Notes: generated by a model not told the origin, from the sequence alone. A stretch of DNA of 64,000 bases from an uncultured delta proteobacterium (GCA_963804955.1 CAWDSQ010000009.1:147-64146), one strand, 5' to 3'. Shown: positions 1-10,616, counted from the stretch's first letter. Numbers and translations: made by a program.

Positions 1-118
1 GGAAAAGGTATCGCCTCGTTTGCCGAAAAGGGCAGGCCTGTTTTGCGCCCTTTCAGCGAAAAACAAAATAATAATTCCCCTCTGTGCCCTCTGCGACTTT
101 ATGGTAAATGCAATCGTT

Positions 119-841
119 TTATTTCACGTGTGCAATGCGTGGGTAAATTTCAGCCCGTGCTTTTTCCAGATCCTCGGGGAAATCGATTTCTATCCAGGGC
201 AGCTCTTCAGTGCTTACGGCATACAGCGGGTGCGCAGGGCAAATTTCCTGAAAAGCGCGCGGCGCCCAGGCATTCACCACGCCCCGGGCCACAAGCTCAC
301 CGGCTTTTTCAAACAGCACGCGGCCGCCTGCCTCGGAAAATTTCAGCAACCCCACGTTTTCGCCGTCGGCGTCAGCCGGGTTCATGTCCTTGCGGATGTC
401 TATGATTCTGTCGCCCCTAACCTTCACTTTCATCTCCTCGTCGCCCAGGCCGCTCTGGAAGCTGATGGTGAGCGCGTCAGCATAGGATGAAGCAAGAAGG
501 TTCTTGAGGATGCCGGGGTGAAAAACCACATCGGAGTTCATCACCACAAAAGGGCCCGGCACTTCTTTCAGTGCAAGCCACAGAGAGTAGATGCTGTTGG
601 TGGTGTCAAAGACAGGGTTCAGGATATAGCCAAAGCCCGGCCCGCAATGAGCCCGAACCATATCGTCACAGAAGCCGGTGACGATGGTGATATCGGTTAT
701 GCCGTTTGCACGCAGATTTGCAATCTGGTGGTCGATGATGGTTGCATCATTCAGTTTGAGCAGGCACTTGGGGCTCTGCCCGGTGAGTGTACCAAGCCGT
801 TTGCTTTTTCCTGCTGCAAGTATGATCGCCCGTGTTGTCAT
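119..841 (-). CDS. Nucleotidyltransferase (NTP_transferase/MobA-like fold; sugar-phosphate or phosphocholine cytidylyltransferase-like)
   Basis: 240-aa ORF. N-terminal glycine-rich NTP loop AIILAAGKSKRLG followed by a typical nucleotidyltransferase core. Confidence 0.7.
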   Translation of the reverse strand: MTTRAIILAAGKSKRLGTLTGQSPKCLLKLNDATIIDHQIANLRANGITDITIVTGFCDDMVRAHCGPGFGYILNPVFDTTNSIYSLWLALKEVPGPFVVMNSDVVFHPGILKNLLASSYADALTISFQSGLGDEEMKVKVRGDRIIDIRKDMNPADADGENVGLLKFSEAGGRVLFEKAGELVARGVVNAWAPRAFQEICPAHPLYAVSTEELPWIEIDFPEDLEKARAEIYPRIAHVK

Positions 842-1009
842 AATAAAATTACTATTGCCAATAAATTATTAATAAAACAAATAGCCTCCTCGCCCTCTTG
901 AGGCTGTGTCGCAATTGATTTATTTATACCCGAAATGACAAAATTTTGCGATAAAACTGGCTACCTCATATAAACTTCAGCTTTGTGGATAACCAGTTTA
1001 GGTAACTAC

Positions 1010-2407
1010 CTACCATCCAAGCCGCAGGAAGGTATCAATCGATTTGGCGGCAAGGCGGCCCGCCCCCATGGCAAGAATAACGGTAGCTGCGCCCGTAACG
1101 ATATCGCCTCCGGCCCATACCCCCGGCTTCAGGGTTTTGCCTGTTTCAGGATCGGCTATGATATAGCCCCACTTATTGGTTTTGAGGCCCGTTGTGGTGC
1201 TGGTGATAAGTGGATTGGCGTTTGCGCCCACGGCGATGACCACCATATCCGTTTCGATTATAAAGTTTGAATCCTTGATGGGAACGGGGCGCCTGCGGCC
1301 TGAATCATCAGGCTCGCCAAGCTCCATGCGCAGGCATTCAATGGCCTTGACCCTGCCTTTTTCATCACCCATGAAACGCACGGGCGCAGTCAGCAGATGC
1401 AGCTCAAGGCCCTCCTCTTCTCCGTGATGGATTTCCTCGGCCCGGGCCGGCATTTCCTCTCGCGAGCGGCGGTACACGATGCGCACCGTGTCCGCACCCA
1501 GGCGCATGGCTGTCCTGGCCGCGTCCATGGCAACATTGCCCGCTCCCAGCACAACCACATTTTTGCCGCGCACGATAGGCGTATCGTACTGCGGGAACAG
1601 ATAGGCCTTCATAAGGTTTGAACGCGTCAGGTACTCGTTTGCCGAATAAATGCCAATGAGATTTTCGCCGGGCACATTGAGAAAGCTCGGCAGGCCCGCG
1701 CCCACGGCAAGAAATACCGCATCGTGCCGCTCCAGCAGCTCATCAACGGTTTCTGTTCTGCCAATGACTGCGTTGACCTCGAACTTCACGCCGAGCTGCG
1801 CAAGGTAATCGACTTCAGCCTGAACAATGGCCTTCGGGAGGCGAAATTCGGGGATGCCGTATACCAGCACGCCGCCTGCCTTATGAAAGGCTTCATAGAC
1901 CGTCACGTCATGTCCCTTGAGTATCAGGTCGCCGGCAACGGTCAGGCCCGAGGGGCCTGCTCCTACAACCCCGACGCTCTTGCCCGTCTTGGGCGGCAAC
2001 TGCGGCAGTGGAGAATCGCCTTGAGCGCGGCCCCAGTCAGCGGCAAAGCGCTCAAGCCGGCCAATGGCGACAGGCTCACCGGTTTTGGCAAGCACGCAGC
2101 GCTCTTCGCACTGGCTTTCCTGCGGGCACACGCGGCCGCATACCGCCGGCAGCGCGGTTTTCTCCTTCAGCTTGGCAATGGCGGCGGCAAAATCACCGTC
2201 GCGCAGGGGGCGTATAAAGCCGGGTATGTCGATTTCAACAGGGCAGCCCGTGACGCAGGCAGGATTCTTGCATTGTATGCAGCGGCTTGCTTCAAGCCGC
2301 GCGACTTCCGCGGAATAGCCCAGGGGGACTTCTTCAAAATTGCGGCGCCGCTTTTCCGGGGCCTGTTCGGGCATGGGCTGGCGGGGGATTTTTTTCTTGT
2401 CTGTCAT
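1010..2407 (-). CDS. nfnB: NADH-dependent reduced ferredoxin:NADP oxidoreductase large subunit (GltD / glutamate synthase small-chain-like, NfnB/SudA type)
   Basis: 465 aa. N-terminal Fe-S Cys motifs CIQCKNPACVTGCP and CGRVCPQESQCEERC. Two dinucleotide folds, VGVVGAGPSGL and VVVLGAGNVAMD. Sits directly downstream of the NfnA-like gene. Confidence 0.85.
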   Translation of the reverse strand: MTDKKKIPRQPMPEQAPEKRRRNFEEVPLGYSAEVARLEASRCIQCKNPACVTGCPVEIDIPGFIRPLRDGDFAAAIAKLKEKTALPAVCGRVCPQESQCEERCVLAKTGEPVAIGRLERFAADWGRAQGDSPLPQLPPKTGKSVGVVGAGPSGLTVAGDLILKGHDVTVYEAFHKAGGVLVYGIPEFRLPKAIVQAEVDYLAQLGVKFEVNAVIGRTETVDELLERHDAVFLAVGAGLPSFLNVPGENLIGIYSANEYLTRSNLMKAYLFPQYDTPIVRGKNVVVLGAGNVAMDAARTAMRLGADTVRIVYRRSREEMPARAEEIHHGEEEGLELHLLTAPVRFMGDEKGRVKAIECLRMELGEPDDSGRRRPVPIKDSNFIIETDMVVIAVGANANPLITSTTTGLKTNKWGYIIADPETGKTLKPGVWAGGDIVTGAATVILAMGAGRLAAKSIDTFLRLGW

Positions 2408-2416
2408 GAGAACACC

Positions 2417-3268
2417 TTACCTCTCCTGTCCAAGTTTACAGCTGTGGCTGAATTCGTCATGTGATTGGGCTTCCTGCTCTTTGTAGGCGGCAAGGCGCTG
2501 CATGAGTCCGTCAAAATCGACCTGGTGGCCGTCAAACTCAGGCCCGTCGACGCAGGTGAACTGATTTTTGCCGCCAACCGACACGCGGCAGCCGCCGCAC
2601 ATGCCCGTGCCGTCAATCATGATGGAGTTGAGGCTCACCAGCGTTTGAATGCCATGGGGCCGGGTCATGTTCGCGATTGCTTTCATCATGGGCACGGGGC
2701 CTGCCGCCACGACCGTAGAAATTGTCTGGCCGCTGTCGATGAACTCTTTGAGAATATCTGACACAAAGCCATGATGGCCGCAGGAGCCGTCGTCGGTGCA
2801 GACCTTGAGCTGGCTTGAAGCAGCTGTCATTTTATCTTCCATAATGAGCAGGTCTCTGGTGCGGGCGCCGATAATGGCAATGACCCGGTTGCCCGCATTT
2901 TTAAAGCCTTTGGTAATGGGATGCACAACGGCAGTGCCCGTGCCGCCGCCGATGCAGATAACAAGGCCCTCCTGCCTTTCTATATGGGTCGGCTGGCCGA
3001 GGGGCCCGAGCACATCGGTAAAGCCCTGCCCGACCTGCAGGGTCTTGAACAGAGCTGTTGATTTGCCCACTACCTGGTAGATAATAGTTATGGTTCCCTG
3101 CTCGGGATCAGTATCTGCCATGGTGAGGGGTATGCGCTCGCCGGTCTCGTTTGCCCGCAGTATGACAAACTGCCCCGGCCGTGCTTTGGCTGCTATTTTT
3201 GGCGCCCGTAGTACGTTCATGACTACGGTGCCCTGCGCCATTTCCTCCCGTTTGAGAATTTCAAACAT
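2417..3268 (-). CDS. nfnA: NfnA/SudB-type FAD/NAD-binding ferredoxin-reductase-like subunit with C-terminal 2Fe-2S site
   Basis: About 283 aa. MFEILKRE... N-terminus typical of the family, GGGTG NAD fold, C-terminal Cys cluster CGGCRV...C. I prefer ATG 3268 (purine-rich SD just upstream) over the GTG at 3274 used by the ORF track. Confidence 0.85.
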   Translation of the reverse strand: MFEILKREEMAQGTVVMNVLRAPKIAAKARPGQFVILRANETGERIPLTMADTDPEQGTITIIYQVVGKSTALFKTLQVGQGFTDVLGPLGQPTHIERQEGLVICIGGGTGTAVVHPITKGFKNAGNRVIAIIGARTRDLLIMEDKMTAASSQLKVCTDDGSCGHHGFVSDILKEFIDSGQTISTVVAAGPVPMMKAIANMTRPHGIQTLVSLNSIMIDGTGMCGGCRVSVGGKNQFTCVDGPEFDGHQVDFDGLMQRLAAYKEQEAQSHDEFSHSCKLGQER

Positions 3269-3481
3269 GCACACCTCTCTTTCTTTGAATGGCTCTGTAC
3301 CGGTTCTCGGGGTAACCGGCTGTTTTTGCTTAATTTAAAAGAATTATTATGAATGAGCGCCCGAAAAAAGTCAATACAAGGTTGGGGATAAGGCGCGAGG
3401 CTGCGGTTGTGCAGGCCAGCTGCAGACACTTTCCCCGGAAGTCGACGTCCCGGACAAACCTGCGATGGACTCGATAGGCCG

Positions 3482-4897
3482 TCAGACGGAGCGCGTCTTT
3501 TTTTCAGGGCGCAGGCATGACTGTTCAGTGACCGTTTTGATAGCAGCAAAAACAACGTCGCACAGGGTGTCCAGTTCATATGCCCTGATTGCCAGAGGCG
3601 GCATAAGCACGATCACGTCGCCAAGGGGGCGTATGATGACCCCGTTTTTGCGCGCTTCAAGTATCACCCGGTGCCCGATGCGCTGCTGCACGGGATAGGG
3701 CTTTTTTGTCGTCCGGTCGGCCACAAGTTCAATGCCGACCATAAAGCCGCACTGCCGCACCTGACCCACATGCTTATAACCTTTCAATTCCTCAAGCCGG
3801 CACCAGAGCTGTCTGATCTTGGGCTGCAGGCGCGCCAGGACTTTCTCCTTGCGGAAAATATCGATATTTGCGCATGCCGCTGCGCAGGCAACCGGGTTGC
3901 CCGTATAAGTATGGCCGTGGTAAAATGTTTTACATTCATGCACGTCCCCAAGAAAAGCGCTGTAGACCTCATCGGTGGCAAGCGTTGCGGCAAGGGGGAG
4001 CGTGCCGCCGGTAATGCCCTTTGCAATGGCCATAAGGTCGGGCCGGACATTTTCATGTTCACAGGCGAACATGCGGCCGGTTCTGCCGAATCCTGTTGCC
4101 ACCTCATCGACAATACACAGAACATTATAGCGCGAACAGAGCTCGCGTGCGCCCGAACAGTAGCCTTTCGGAAACACGATCATGCCCGCGGCTCCCTGCA
4201 CCATGGGCTCCATAATAAAAGCTGCTGTTTCACCATGACGGGTGCGGAGAATGTCCTCAAGGGAATTCAGGCAGTGCAGCCCGCATGATGATTGCGTTTT
4301 ATTGTACGGGCAGCGGTAGCAGTAGGGAGATGCCGCTTTGAAAGTCTTAAAAAGCAGGGGCCGGTACACTTCATGGAAGAGATCGATGCCCCCGAGGCTT
4401 ACTGCGCCGATAGTGTCGCCGTGATAGGCATTGACAAGGGATACGAATTTTTTCTTTTTTTTCGTTGCCGGCGATTTCTGCTGCCAGTACTGATAGGCAA
4501 TCTTGAGTGCTATTTCAACGGCTGTGGAGCCGCTGTCGGAGTAGAACACCTTCGTGAGACCCTGCGGGGCAATGCGCAGAAGCTTTTCGGCAAGCTCGAT
4601 GGCGGGAATGTTTGAAATCCCCAGCATGGTGCTGTGGCAGATTTTGCCGACCTGGCTGATGATGGCCTCGTCAATCTGCCGCTTCCGGTGCCCGTGCACG
4701 GTGACCCAGAGCGATGAGACCCCGTCGATGTAGGTAGTGCCGTCAATATCGTAGAGACAGGAGCCCCGGCCGCGCTCAATAATGAGGGGCTCGCAGCTGC
4801 TGTAGTCCTGCATCTGGGTGAAGGGATGCCATATGCACGTCGTGTCAAGATGCTTGAGCCGCTTATGGGTCACTGCGCTTCGCCGCTGCTTTTCCAT
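3482..4897 (-). CDS. bioA: Adenosylmethionine-8-amino-7-oxononanoate aminotransferase
   Basis: 471 aa class-III aminotransferase. Motifs WHPFTQM, DEVATGFGRTG and PLP-lysine context AKGITGG. Confidence 0.8.
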   Translation of the reverse strand: MEKQRRSAVTHKRLKHLDTTCIWHPFTQMQDYSSCEPLIIERGRGSCLYDIDGTTYIDGVSSLWVTVHGHRKRQIDEAIISQVGKICHSTMLGISNIPAIELAEKLLRIAPQGLTKVFYSDSGSTAVEIALKIAYQYWQQKSPATKKKKKFVSLVNAYHGDTIGAVSLGGIDLFHEVYRPLLFKTFKAASPYCYRCPYNKTQSSCGLHCLNSLEDILRTRHGETAAFIMEPMVQGAAGMIVFPKGYCSGARELCSRYNVLCIVDEVATGFGRTGRMFACEHENVRPDLMAIAKGITGGTLPLAATLATDEVYSAFLGDVHECKTFYHGHTYTGNPVACAAACANIDIFRKEKVLARLQPKIRQLWCRLEELKGYKHVGQVRQCGFMVGIELVADRTTKKPYPVQQRIGHRVILEARKNGVIIRPLGDVIVLMPPLAIRAYELDTLCDVVFAAIKTVTEQSCLRPEKKTRSV

Positions 4898-4967
4898 GCT
4901 TGTTATCCGGCTTCAAAATTGGTATATTGAAAAATCTTATACGCTACGCTAACGCAGGAAACCGCTA

Positions 4968-5585
4968 TTGTCAATGGGCAGACACGACACCATGAACGAT
5001 CAGAAACAGATACAGCCATTTGAATTCGAGCCGGAGCGTTTTTTCGATACGTTTATCGGCGTTGCCAAGGAACTGCTTGTGCGGCCGCGGGAGTTTTTCA
5101 GGCAGCTGCCCAGAGCAGGATCGATAAAAAACCCTCTGGCTTTTCTGACGGTCTGCGCCTTCCTGACGGCACTGTTCGTTGCAAACGCAAGAAGCGGCGG
5201 CGTTCAGCTTTTTCTATTATTATGCTGCGCCAATATTTTCTCAACGGTATTCGGAAGCATGGTCATGCACATCCTGGCACAGAGGATGTTCCGGTCGCAG
5301 GCTCCGTTCGGATCAACGCTGCGGGTTCTGGCCTATGCAAGCCTTATGGACACGGTTTCCTGGATTCCTCTTCTCGGTCCTCTTGCCTATTTCTACGGGT
5401 TATACCTCATCTTTCTGGGGATACAGGAGCAGCACCGGCTCACACCCCGGCAGGCTGCCCTGACCGTCGCGATCATTGTCTGTATCGTGACGGCGCTGGC
5501 CATGGCCATCATGCTTGCTTCGCCGGGAAGCTTTTCACAGGCTTTGCAGATGCTTGATCCGCAGCAGGCGGAAAACAGCCTGTAG
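4968..5585 (+). CDS. Yip1-domain membrane protein
   Basis: 205 aa with a soluble N-terminus followed by about 5 TM helices, matching the Yip1-like pattern. The start is either TTG 4968 or ATG 4974. Confidence 0.5.
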   Translation: MSMGRHDTMNDQKQIQPFEFEPERFFDTFIGVAKELLVRPREFFRQLPRAGSIKNPLAFLTVCAFLTALFVANARSGGVQLFLLLCCANIFSTVFGSMVMHILAQRMFRSQAPFGSTLRVLAYASLMDTVSWIPLLGPLAYFYGLYLIFLGIQEQHRLTPRQAALTVAIIVCIVTALAMAIMLASPGSFSQALQMLDPQQAENSL

Positions 5586-5590
5586 CCGGC

Positions 5591-6586
5591 CTAATCGCTG
5601 TCATTGTCAGCAGCGACCTCAGCCCGCTTCATAAGCCCCCCCAGAGACAGCTTTAGAAATGGCAGGAATAGCAGCCCGATCAGAACAGGGGGCATCATCT
5701 GCAGGAACCACATAACCACGGCATAGGATAAAGCCTCGGATTTTGCTATGCCAAATGACGTCAGCCCCAGAACGCAGGCATAATGATAGGTGCCGATAAA
5801 CCCCGGCGCCGCCGGAATCATGACGCCAAGTGCAACAATGGCAAGAATGGCAAAAGCGTTAAAGATTGAAAGGTTCATGTCGAAAGCAGAAAACAGTACA
5901 TAGTTTGAAACCCCGACCAGCAGCCAGTTCACCAATGACAGCAGAAAGACCCAGAGCGTTTTTTTTACATCAGGCAGCAGCTGCAGTCCTTCCAGAAAGG
6001 AGTCTGCAAGACGGGCTGCGGGCGTGCCGATCCTGCCGGGCAGGAACCCCAGGACTCTGCCGATTATCTGAGCGGAAAAATCCCGTTTGGTGCCGAGTAT
6101 AATAAGCACTGTCAGAACAGTAAGAGAGATTGTCAACATGATGATGCCGGCTCTGAAAATCTCGGGCGGGAGAGAAATTTTGACAAGCACGACCAATAAA
6201 AAAAGCATGAGGGTCAGCAAATCAAAAACCCGTTCCAGCACCACTGTTGCCATGGTGGCGGACATCCGCACACCGCTGTGCTGCTTCACAAGATATGGCC
6301 GGACGAATTCCCCAAGCCTGGCCGGCAGAACCCCTATGGCCATAAAACCGACTGAAGAGAGCTTAAAAAGCGTCCACTGGTCATAGGAAACCAGCCTGCT
6401 GAGCATGACCCCCCACCGGTATGACCGCAGATAAAGGCTGGCAAGACTCATCATAACCACGGGAATAATATACCCGTAGTGCATAGAGCGGAAACTTGCC
6501 GCCACTTCTGAAAAATTGATGCCGCGCAGCACGAAGTAGATGCAGATGCAGCTGACGGCAAATCCCGCGATCATATTCTTTTTCAT
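5591..6586 (-). CDS. Flippase-like / lysylphosphatidylglycerol-synthase TM-region family membrane protein (UPF0104)
   Basis: 331 aa polytopic membrane protein. The N-terminal pattern ...LRSYRWGVML... is typical of this family. Confidence 0.6.
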   Translation of the reverse strand: MKKNMIAGFAVSCICIYFVLRGINFSEVAASFRSMHYGYIIPVVMMSLASLYLRSYRWGVMLSRLVSYDQWTLFKLSSVGFMAIGVLPARLGEFVRPYLVKQHSGVRMSATMATVVLERVFDLLTLMLFLLVVLVKISLPPEIFRAGIIMLTISLTVLTVLIILGTKRDFSAQIIGRVLGFLPGRIGTPAARLADSFLEGLQLLPDVKKTLWVFLLSLVNWLLVGVSNYVLFSAFDMNLSIFNAFAILAIVALGVMIPAAPGFIGTYHYACVLGLTSFGIAKSEALSYAVVMWFLQMMPPVLIGLLFLPFLKLSLGGLMKRAEVAADNDSD

Positions 6587-6886
6587 AACCCATCTCCAGG
6601 CGGTACTTTTTTAATCAAGACCTAACCCGACATGCCGATATAATAGAAATACGATGTCTGTCTAAAAAAAACGCACAGAATGCGCTGGGGGCTCCTTTGC
6701 TTGAGTTTTCTTTAAATAGCATACTATCACCAAAATATCTTTATCGTTTTTTGTAAACAAAAAACTTTACAAGTCGTTTGAAATCAATAAATAATATTAA
6801 AAGTTAAGCTTTAAAAGCTGCGGGAATAGTGCTTTTGGCTTTTTTCTCCGGCATCGCAACTTCGTTTTACAAGGGTGTATACTATA

Positions 6887-8587
6887 ATGAGTGAAAAAAT
6901 CGGCGGTTTGCTTTTAAAAAAAGGGGCCATTACCCCTGAGCAGCTTGATGCCGCGCTGGCTTTTCAAAAAGAAAAAAATGTCAAGCTCGGAGTAGCGTTG
7001 ACGCGCTTGAATATCGTTAAAGAAAGCACCCTGCTGCAGACTTTAAGCGAGCAGCATGGCCTGCCTGCCATGAAGCTATCGGAATTTACCATAGATCCGG
7101 ATGTCATAAGTATCATCTCCTCTGAAGTCGCCGCAAAATATATGGTTTTGCCGATTTCACTTAAAAATTCGACCCTGATCGTAGCAATGAACGACCCGTC
7201 AAACATTTTCGCCCTGGACGATCTGAAATTCCTTACCGGCTACCGCATCGAACCATTCGTTGCGGCCGATGAGGCGATTATGACCTCCATAGACCATTAT
7301 TATAATACGGCCACGTCAACAGACAGCCTTTTGAGCGACTTTGATGATGTGGGTGTTGAGAGTGTTGACCTGTCGGATAACTTCAATCCCAATGAGCTTG
7401 CCCAGGAGAGCGAGGACGCGCCGATCATAAAACTGGTCAACGCGGTTCTTTCGGAGGCTGTTGAGCGGGGGGCAAGCGACATTCATATTGAATCGTATGA
7501 AAAAAGCTTCCGGATCAGATACCGCGTTGACGGCACGCTTTCGGAAGTCATGAAACCGCCCATGAAAATGCGCAATGCCATTGTCTCGCGCATCAAAATC
7601 ATGGCAAAGCTGGACATTGCCGAGCGGCGGATGCCGCAGGACGGCCGCATCAAATTAAAAATGGGCAAAAACCGCGAAATGGATTACCGCGTGTCGGTGC
7701 TGCCCACGCTGTTCGGGGAAAAGGTGGTCATGCGGCTGCTGGACAAATCAAATCTCCAGCTCGACATGACCAAGCTCGGATTCGATGAGCAGCAGATAGT
7801 TGATTTCAAGGAGGGCATTTACAAACCCTACGGCATGGTGCTCGTGACAGGGCCAACCGGCAGCGGCAAAACCACAACGCTCTACTCAGCCCTTTCAGAG
7901 CTGAACAAGGTGACGGAAAACATTTCAACGGCCGAAGACCCGGTCGAGTTTAACCTTGAAGGCATCAACCAGGTCCAGATTCATGAAGATATCGGCCTTA
8001 ATTTCGCCTCCGCGCTGCGCTCATTTCTCCGGCAGGATCCCGATATCATCCTGGTTGGCGAAATCCGCGATTTTGAGACAGCTGAAATCGGCATCAAGGC
8101 CGCTTTAACGGGCCATATGGTGCTGAGCACGCTGCATACCAACGATGCTCCAAGCACGATCAACCGCCTGCTCAATATGGGCATTGAACCGTTCCTGGTA
8201 TCATCGGCCGTCAATCTCATCGTTGCCCAGCGCCTTGCGCGCAAGATATGCCCCGACTGCAAGGAGCCAAGAATCAGGATTACAGAAGACATGCTGGCAA
8301 AGCTGGGCCCGGTACCCGAGGGCTTTCATGATACCGTTATGTATAAAGGCAGGGGCTGCGACACCTGCAAGGGCTCGGGCCACAAAGGCCGCATCGCGCT
8401 GTATGAAGTCATGACCATGTCAGAGCCGCTCAAGGAACTCGTGCTGCAGGGAGCCTCTTCAATTGAAATCAAGCGGGAGGCAATAAACCTGGGAATGAAA
8501 ACGTTGCGCCAGAGCGGCATTCAGAAAATGCTTCAGGGCGTTACCACCCTTGAAGAGGTGCTCAGATCGTCGGTGCGCGATGACTGA
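6887..8587 (+). CDS. pilB: Type IV pilus assembly ATPase PilB (GspE family)
   Basis: N-terminal T2SSE_N domain, Walker A GPTGSGKTT, Walker B DPDIILVGEIRD, His box TGHMVLSTLHTN, tetra-Cys CPDC...CDTC. ATG 6887 is preferred over the upstream GTG 6875. Confidence 0.9.
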   Translation: MSEKIGGLLLKKGAITPEQLDAALAFQKEKNVKLGVALTRLNIVKESTLLQTLSEQHGLPAMKLSEFTIDPDVISIISSEVAAKYMVLPISLKNSTLIVAMNDPSNIFALDDLKFLTGYRIEPFVAADEAIMTSIDHYYNTATSTDSLLSDFDDVGVESVDLSDNFNPNELAQESEDAPIIKLVNAVLSEAVERGASDIHIESYEKSFRIRYRVDGTLSEVMKPPMKMRNAIVSRIKIMAKLDIAERRMPQDGRIKLKMGKNREMDYRVSVLPTLFGEKVVMRLLDKSNLQLDMTKLGFDEQQIVDFKEGIYKPYGMVLVTGPTGSGKTTTLYSALSELNKVTENISTAEDPVEFNLEGINQVQIHEDIGLNFASALRSFLRQDPDIILVGEIRDFETAEIGIKAALTGHMVLSTLHTNDAPSTINRLLNMGIEPFLVSSAVNLIVAQRLARKICPDCKEPRIRITEDMLAKLGPVPEGFHDTVMYKGRGCDTCKGSGHKGRIALYEVMTMSEPLKELVLQGASSIEIKREAINLGMKTLRQSGIQKMLQGVTTLEEVLRSSVRDD

Positions 8588-8646
8588 CAGCTGGATGGTG
8601 TGCACCGACGATTTTCTTATTACTAAATTCATACCAGAGGGATGTC

Positions 8647-9885
8647 ATGCCAGTTTATAAATGGGAAGGTACAAGCAAGCAGGGGACGCCCCTGAAAGGT
8701 GAAACCACCGCCACCAACGAAGCGATGCTGCGCGAGATGCTGCGCAAAAAAAATGTACGGCTGAGGGAGGTTAAGACAAAACCCAAGGATCTTTTCGAAG
8801 GCGTCGAGCTTTTTCAGCCGAAGGTCACAACAAAGGATCTCATTCTTTTCACCCGCCAGTTTTCTACGATGATCGATTCAGGGCTTCCACTTCTCCAGGG
8901 TCTTGAAATTCTTGCAAGCCAGGCGGAAAATCCCACATTCAAAAAAATAATAACACAAATCAAAACAGATGTGGAAGGCGGATCGGCATTCGCCGAAGCG
9001 CTTAAGAAACATCCGAAGGTTTATGATAATCTTTATGTCAACCTGTGCGCCGCCGGCGAACTCGGCGGCATCCTCGACACCATCCTGCAGCGGCTTGCGG
9101 CCTATATTGAAAAAAATGCAAAGCTTGTCAGCAAGGTCAAGGGAGCCATGATTTATCCTGCAGTGATCGGCTGTGTTGCCATTGTCGTTATTCTTGTCCT
9201 GCTGATTTTTGTTATCCCGGTTTTTGCTGAAATGTTTACCAGTTTTGGCGGTGAACTTCCCGGTCTCACGAAGGCAGTGGTTGATCTCAGCGACTTTATG
9301 CGGGCCTACTGGTGGGCGGTTTTTGGAGGCACGGGGCTTGTCGTTTTTGTTTTCAAAAAATGGAAAAGCACCGACAGGGGCGAGTATCTCTTTGATACCT
9401 ACATGCTGAAAATGCCTGTCATCGGCGATTTGATTCGCAAGATCGCTGTTGCCCGCTTTACCAGAACCATGAGCACCATGCTGTCAAGCGGCGTGCCCAT
9501 TCTGGATGGCCTTGAAATTGTGGCAAAGACAGCCGGCAATAGAATTGTTGAAGAAGCTATTTATGACACAAAAAAAAGCATCAGCGAAGGCAAAACAATT
9601 GCCGAACCCCTCATGAAAAGCGGCGTCTTCCCGCCTATGGTCTGCCAGATGGTGTCCGTCGGGGAACAGACGGGCGCACTGGACAGCATGCTTTCTAAAA
9701 TCGCTGATTTTTATGAAGAGGAAGTTGATCAGGCTGTTGACACGCTGACGACGCTGATTGAACCGGTAATGATGATTTTTCTGGGCGGTGCGGTCGGTAC
9801 CATGCTTGCCGCCATGTATCTGCCCATCTTCAAAATTGCAGGGGCTGTCGAAGGAGAAGAAGGCAAAAAAAAGGAAGTTCCATAA
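8647..9885 (+). CDS. pilC: Type IV pilus inner-membrane platform protein PilC (GspF family)
   Basis: 412 aa with a duplicated T2SSF domain architecture and 3 TM segments. Lies immediately after pilB. Confidence 0.9.
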   Translation: MPVYKWEGTSKQGTPLKGETTATNEAMLREMLRKKNVRLREVKTKPKDLFEGVELFQPKVTTKDLILFTRQFSTMIDSGLPLLQGLEILASQAENPTFKKIITQIKTDVEGGSAFAEALKKHPKVYDNLYVNLCAAGELGGILDTILQRLAAYIEKNAKLVSKVKGAMIYPAVIGCVAIVVILVLLIFVIPVFAEMFTSFGGELPGLTKAVVDLSDFMRAYWWAVFGGTGLVVFVFKKWKSTDRGEYLFDTYMLKMPVIGDLIRKIAVARFTRTMSTMLSSGVPILDGLEIVAKTAGNRIVEEAIYDTKKSISEGKTIAEPLMKSGVFPPMVCQMVSVGEQTGALDSMLSKIADFYEEEVDQAVDTLTTLIEPVMMIFLGGAVGTMLAAMYLPIFKIAGAVEGEEGKKKEVP

Positions 9886-9938
9886 AGACTTTGCTGTGCG
9901 TTTTGAAAATATCTGGCAGAGCTGCCATTAAGAGGCTT

Positions 9939-9980
9939 ACAACAAGGCACGTCATATTAAATTATGCCGTGCCTTGTTGT
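9939..9980 (+). terminator. 13-bp perfect stem-loop after pilC (no clear T-tract)
   Basis: ACAACAAGGCACG (9939-9951), 16-nt loop, CGTGCCTTGTTGT (9968-9980). Confidence 0.4.
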
Positions 9981-10047
9981 TCGGGATGCTTCCTGTGCAC
10001 CAGCGCCTCAGGCTATGCATACGCCGGCCAAGAGAGTGACGCCTCTG

Positions 10048-10437
10048 TCACTCCAGACCAAAAAAAGAGTTGTAGAAACGCCTGATCGCGAGCCATAATC
10101 GTCTAAAAAAACCGGGATTGCGCAATGTTTCAAGCAGCTTGAGGGCTTCGGCAAGCTCCGCAGGCGAAAAATCGCTGCGTTGTACATTCTCCTCGATTTC
10201 AAGCTCCAGCATGGGCAGTTCACCCGAGGTCGCCATCATGGTAGCTTCTATATTTTCCCAGCCCAGCCTTCGGGCGGACTCAAGCCTTCGATGGCCCGCT
10301 ATAAGCTCAAGCCTGCGGTTCACGACCACAGGGTTCATCAGCCCGTATTCCTGCATGCTTTTCATAAGGGGCTCAAGATCCCCCAGCTCTTTTCTGATTC
10401 TTTTTTTTATTTTGATGTCACCGATCTGCAGCAGCAT
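10048..10437 (-). CDS. Stand-alone ParB N-terminal (ParB/Srx) domain protein
   Basis: 129 aa. Carries the ParB box LIAGHRRLESARRLG, with no HTH or dimerisation domain after it. Confidence 0.6.
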   Translation of the reverse strand: MLLQIGDIKIKKRIRKELGDLEPLMKSMQEYGLMNPVVVNRRLELIAGHRRLESARRLGWENIEATMMATSGELPMLELEIEENVQRSDFSPAELAEALKLLETLRNPGFFRRLWLAIRRFYNSFFGLE

Positions 10438-10616
10438 GGTGTGCCCTCCTTGAAAATCTCTACTGTTGTGGCAGTGACTATAAAAAAAGCATCCCGAAAA
10501 GTCAAAAGCAATGATTGCCCTCGTTCCTGAACACGGGGCAGATTAGGCTTGACGCACCCGGTCTTTTCTTATAAAAGTTCAAAGGATACGCTGTAGCATT
10601 TTGGAGAACCGCTTAT

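Noticed and set aside
10438-10616. Possible Moco riboswitch upstream of moaC
   Set aside because: I could not find the conserved Moco-motif helices or sequence blocks by eye. Only a short GCCC/GGGC stem is present. A covariance-model scan would be needed.
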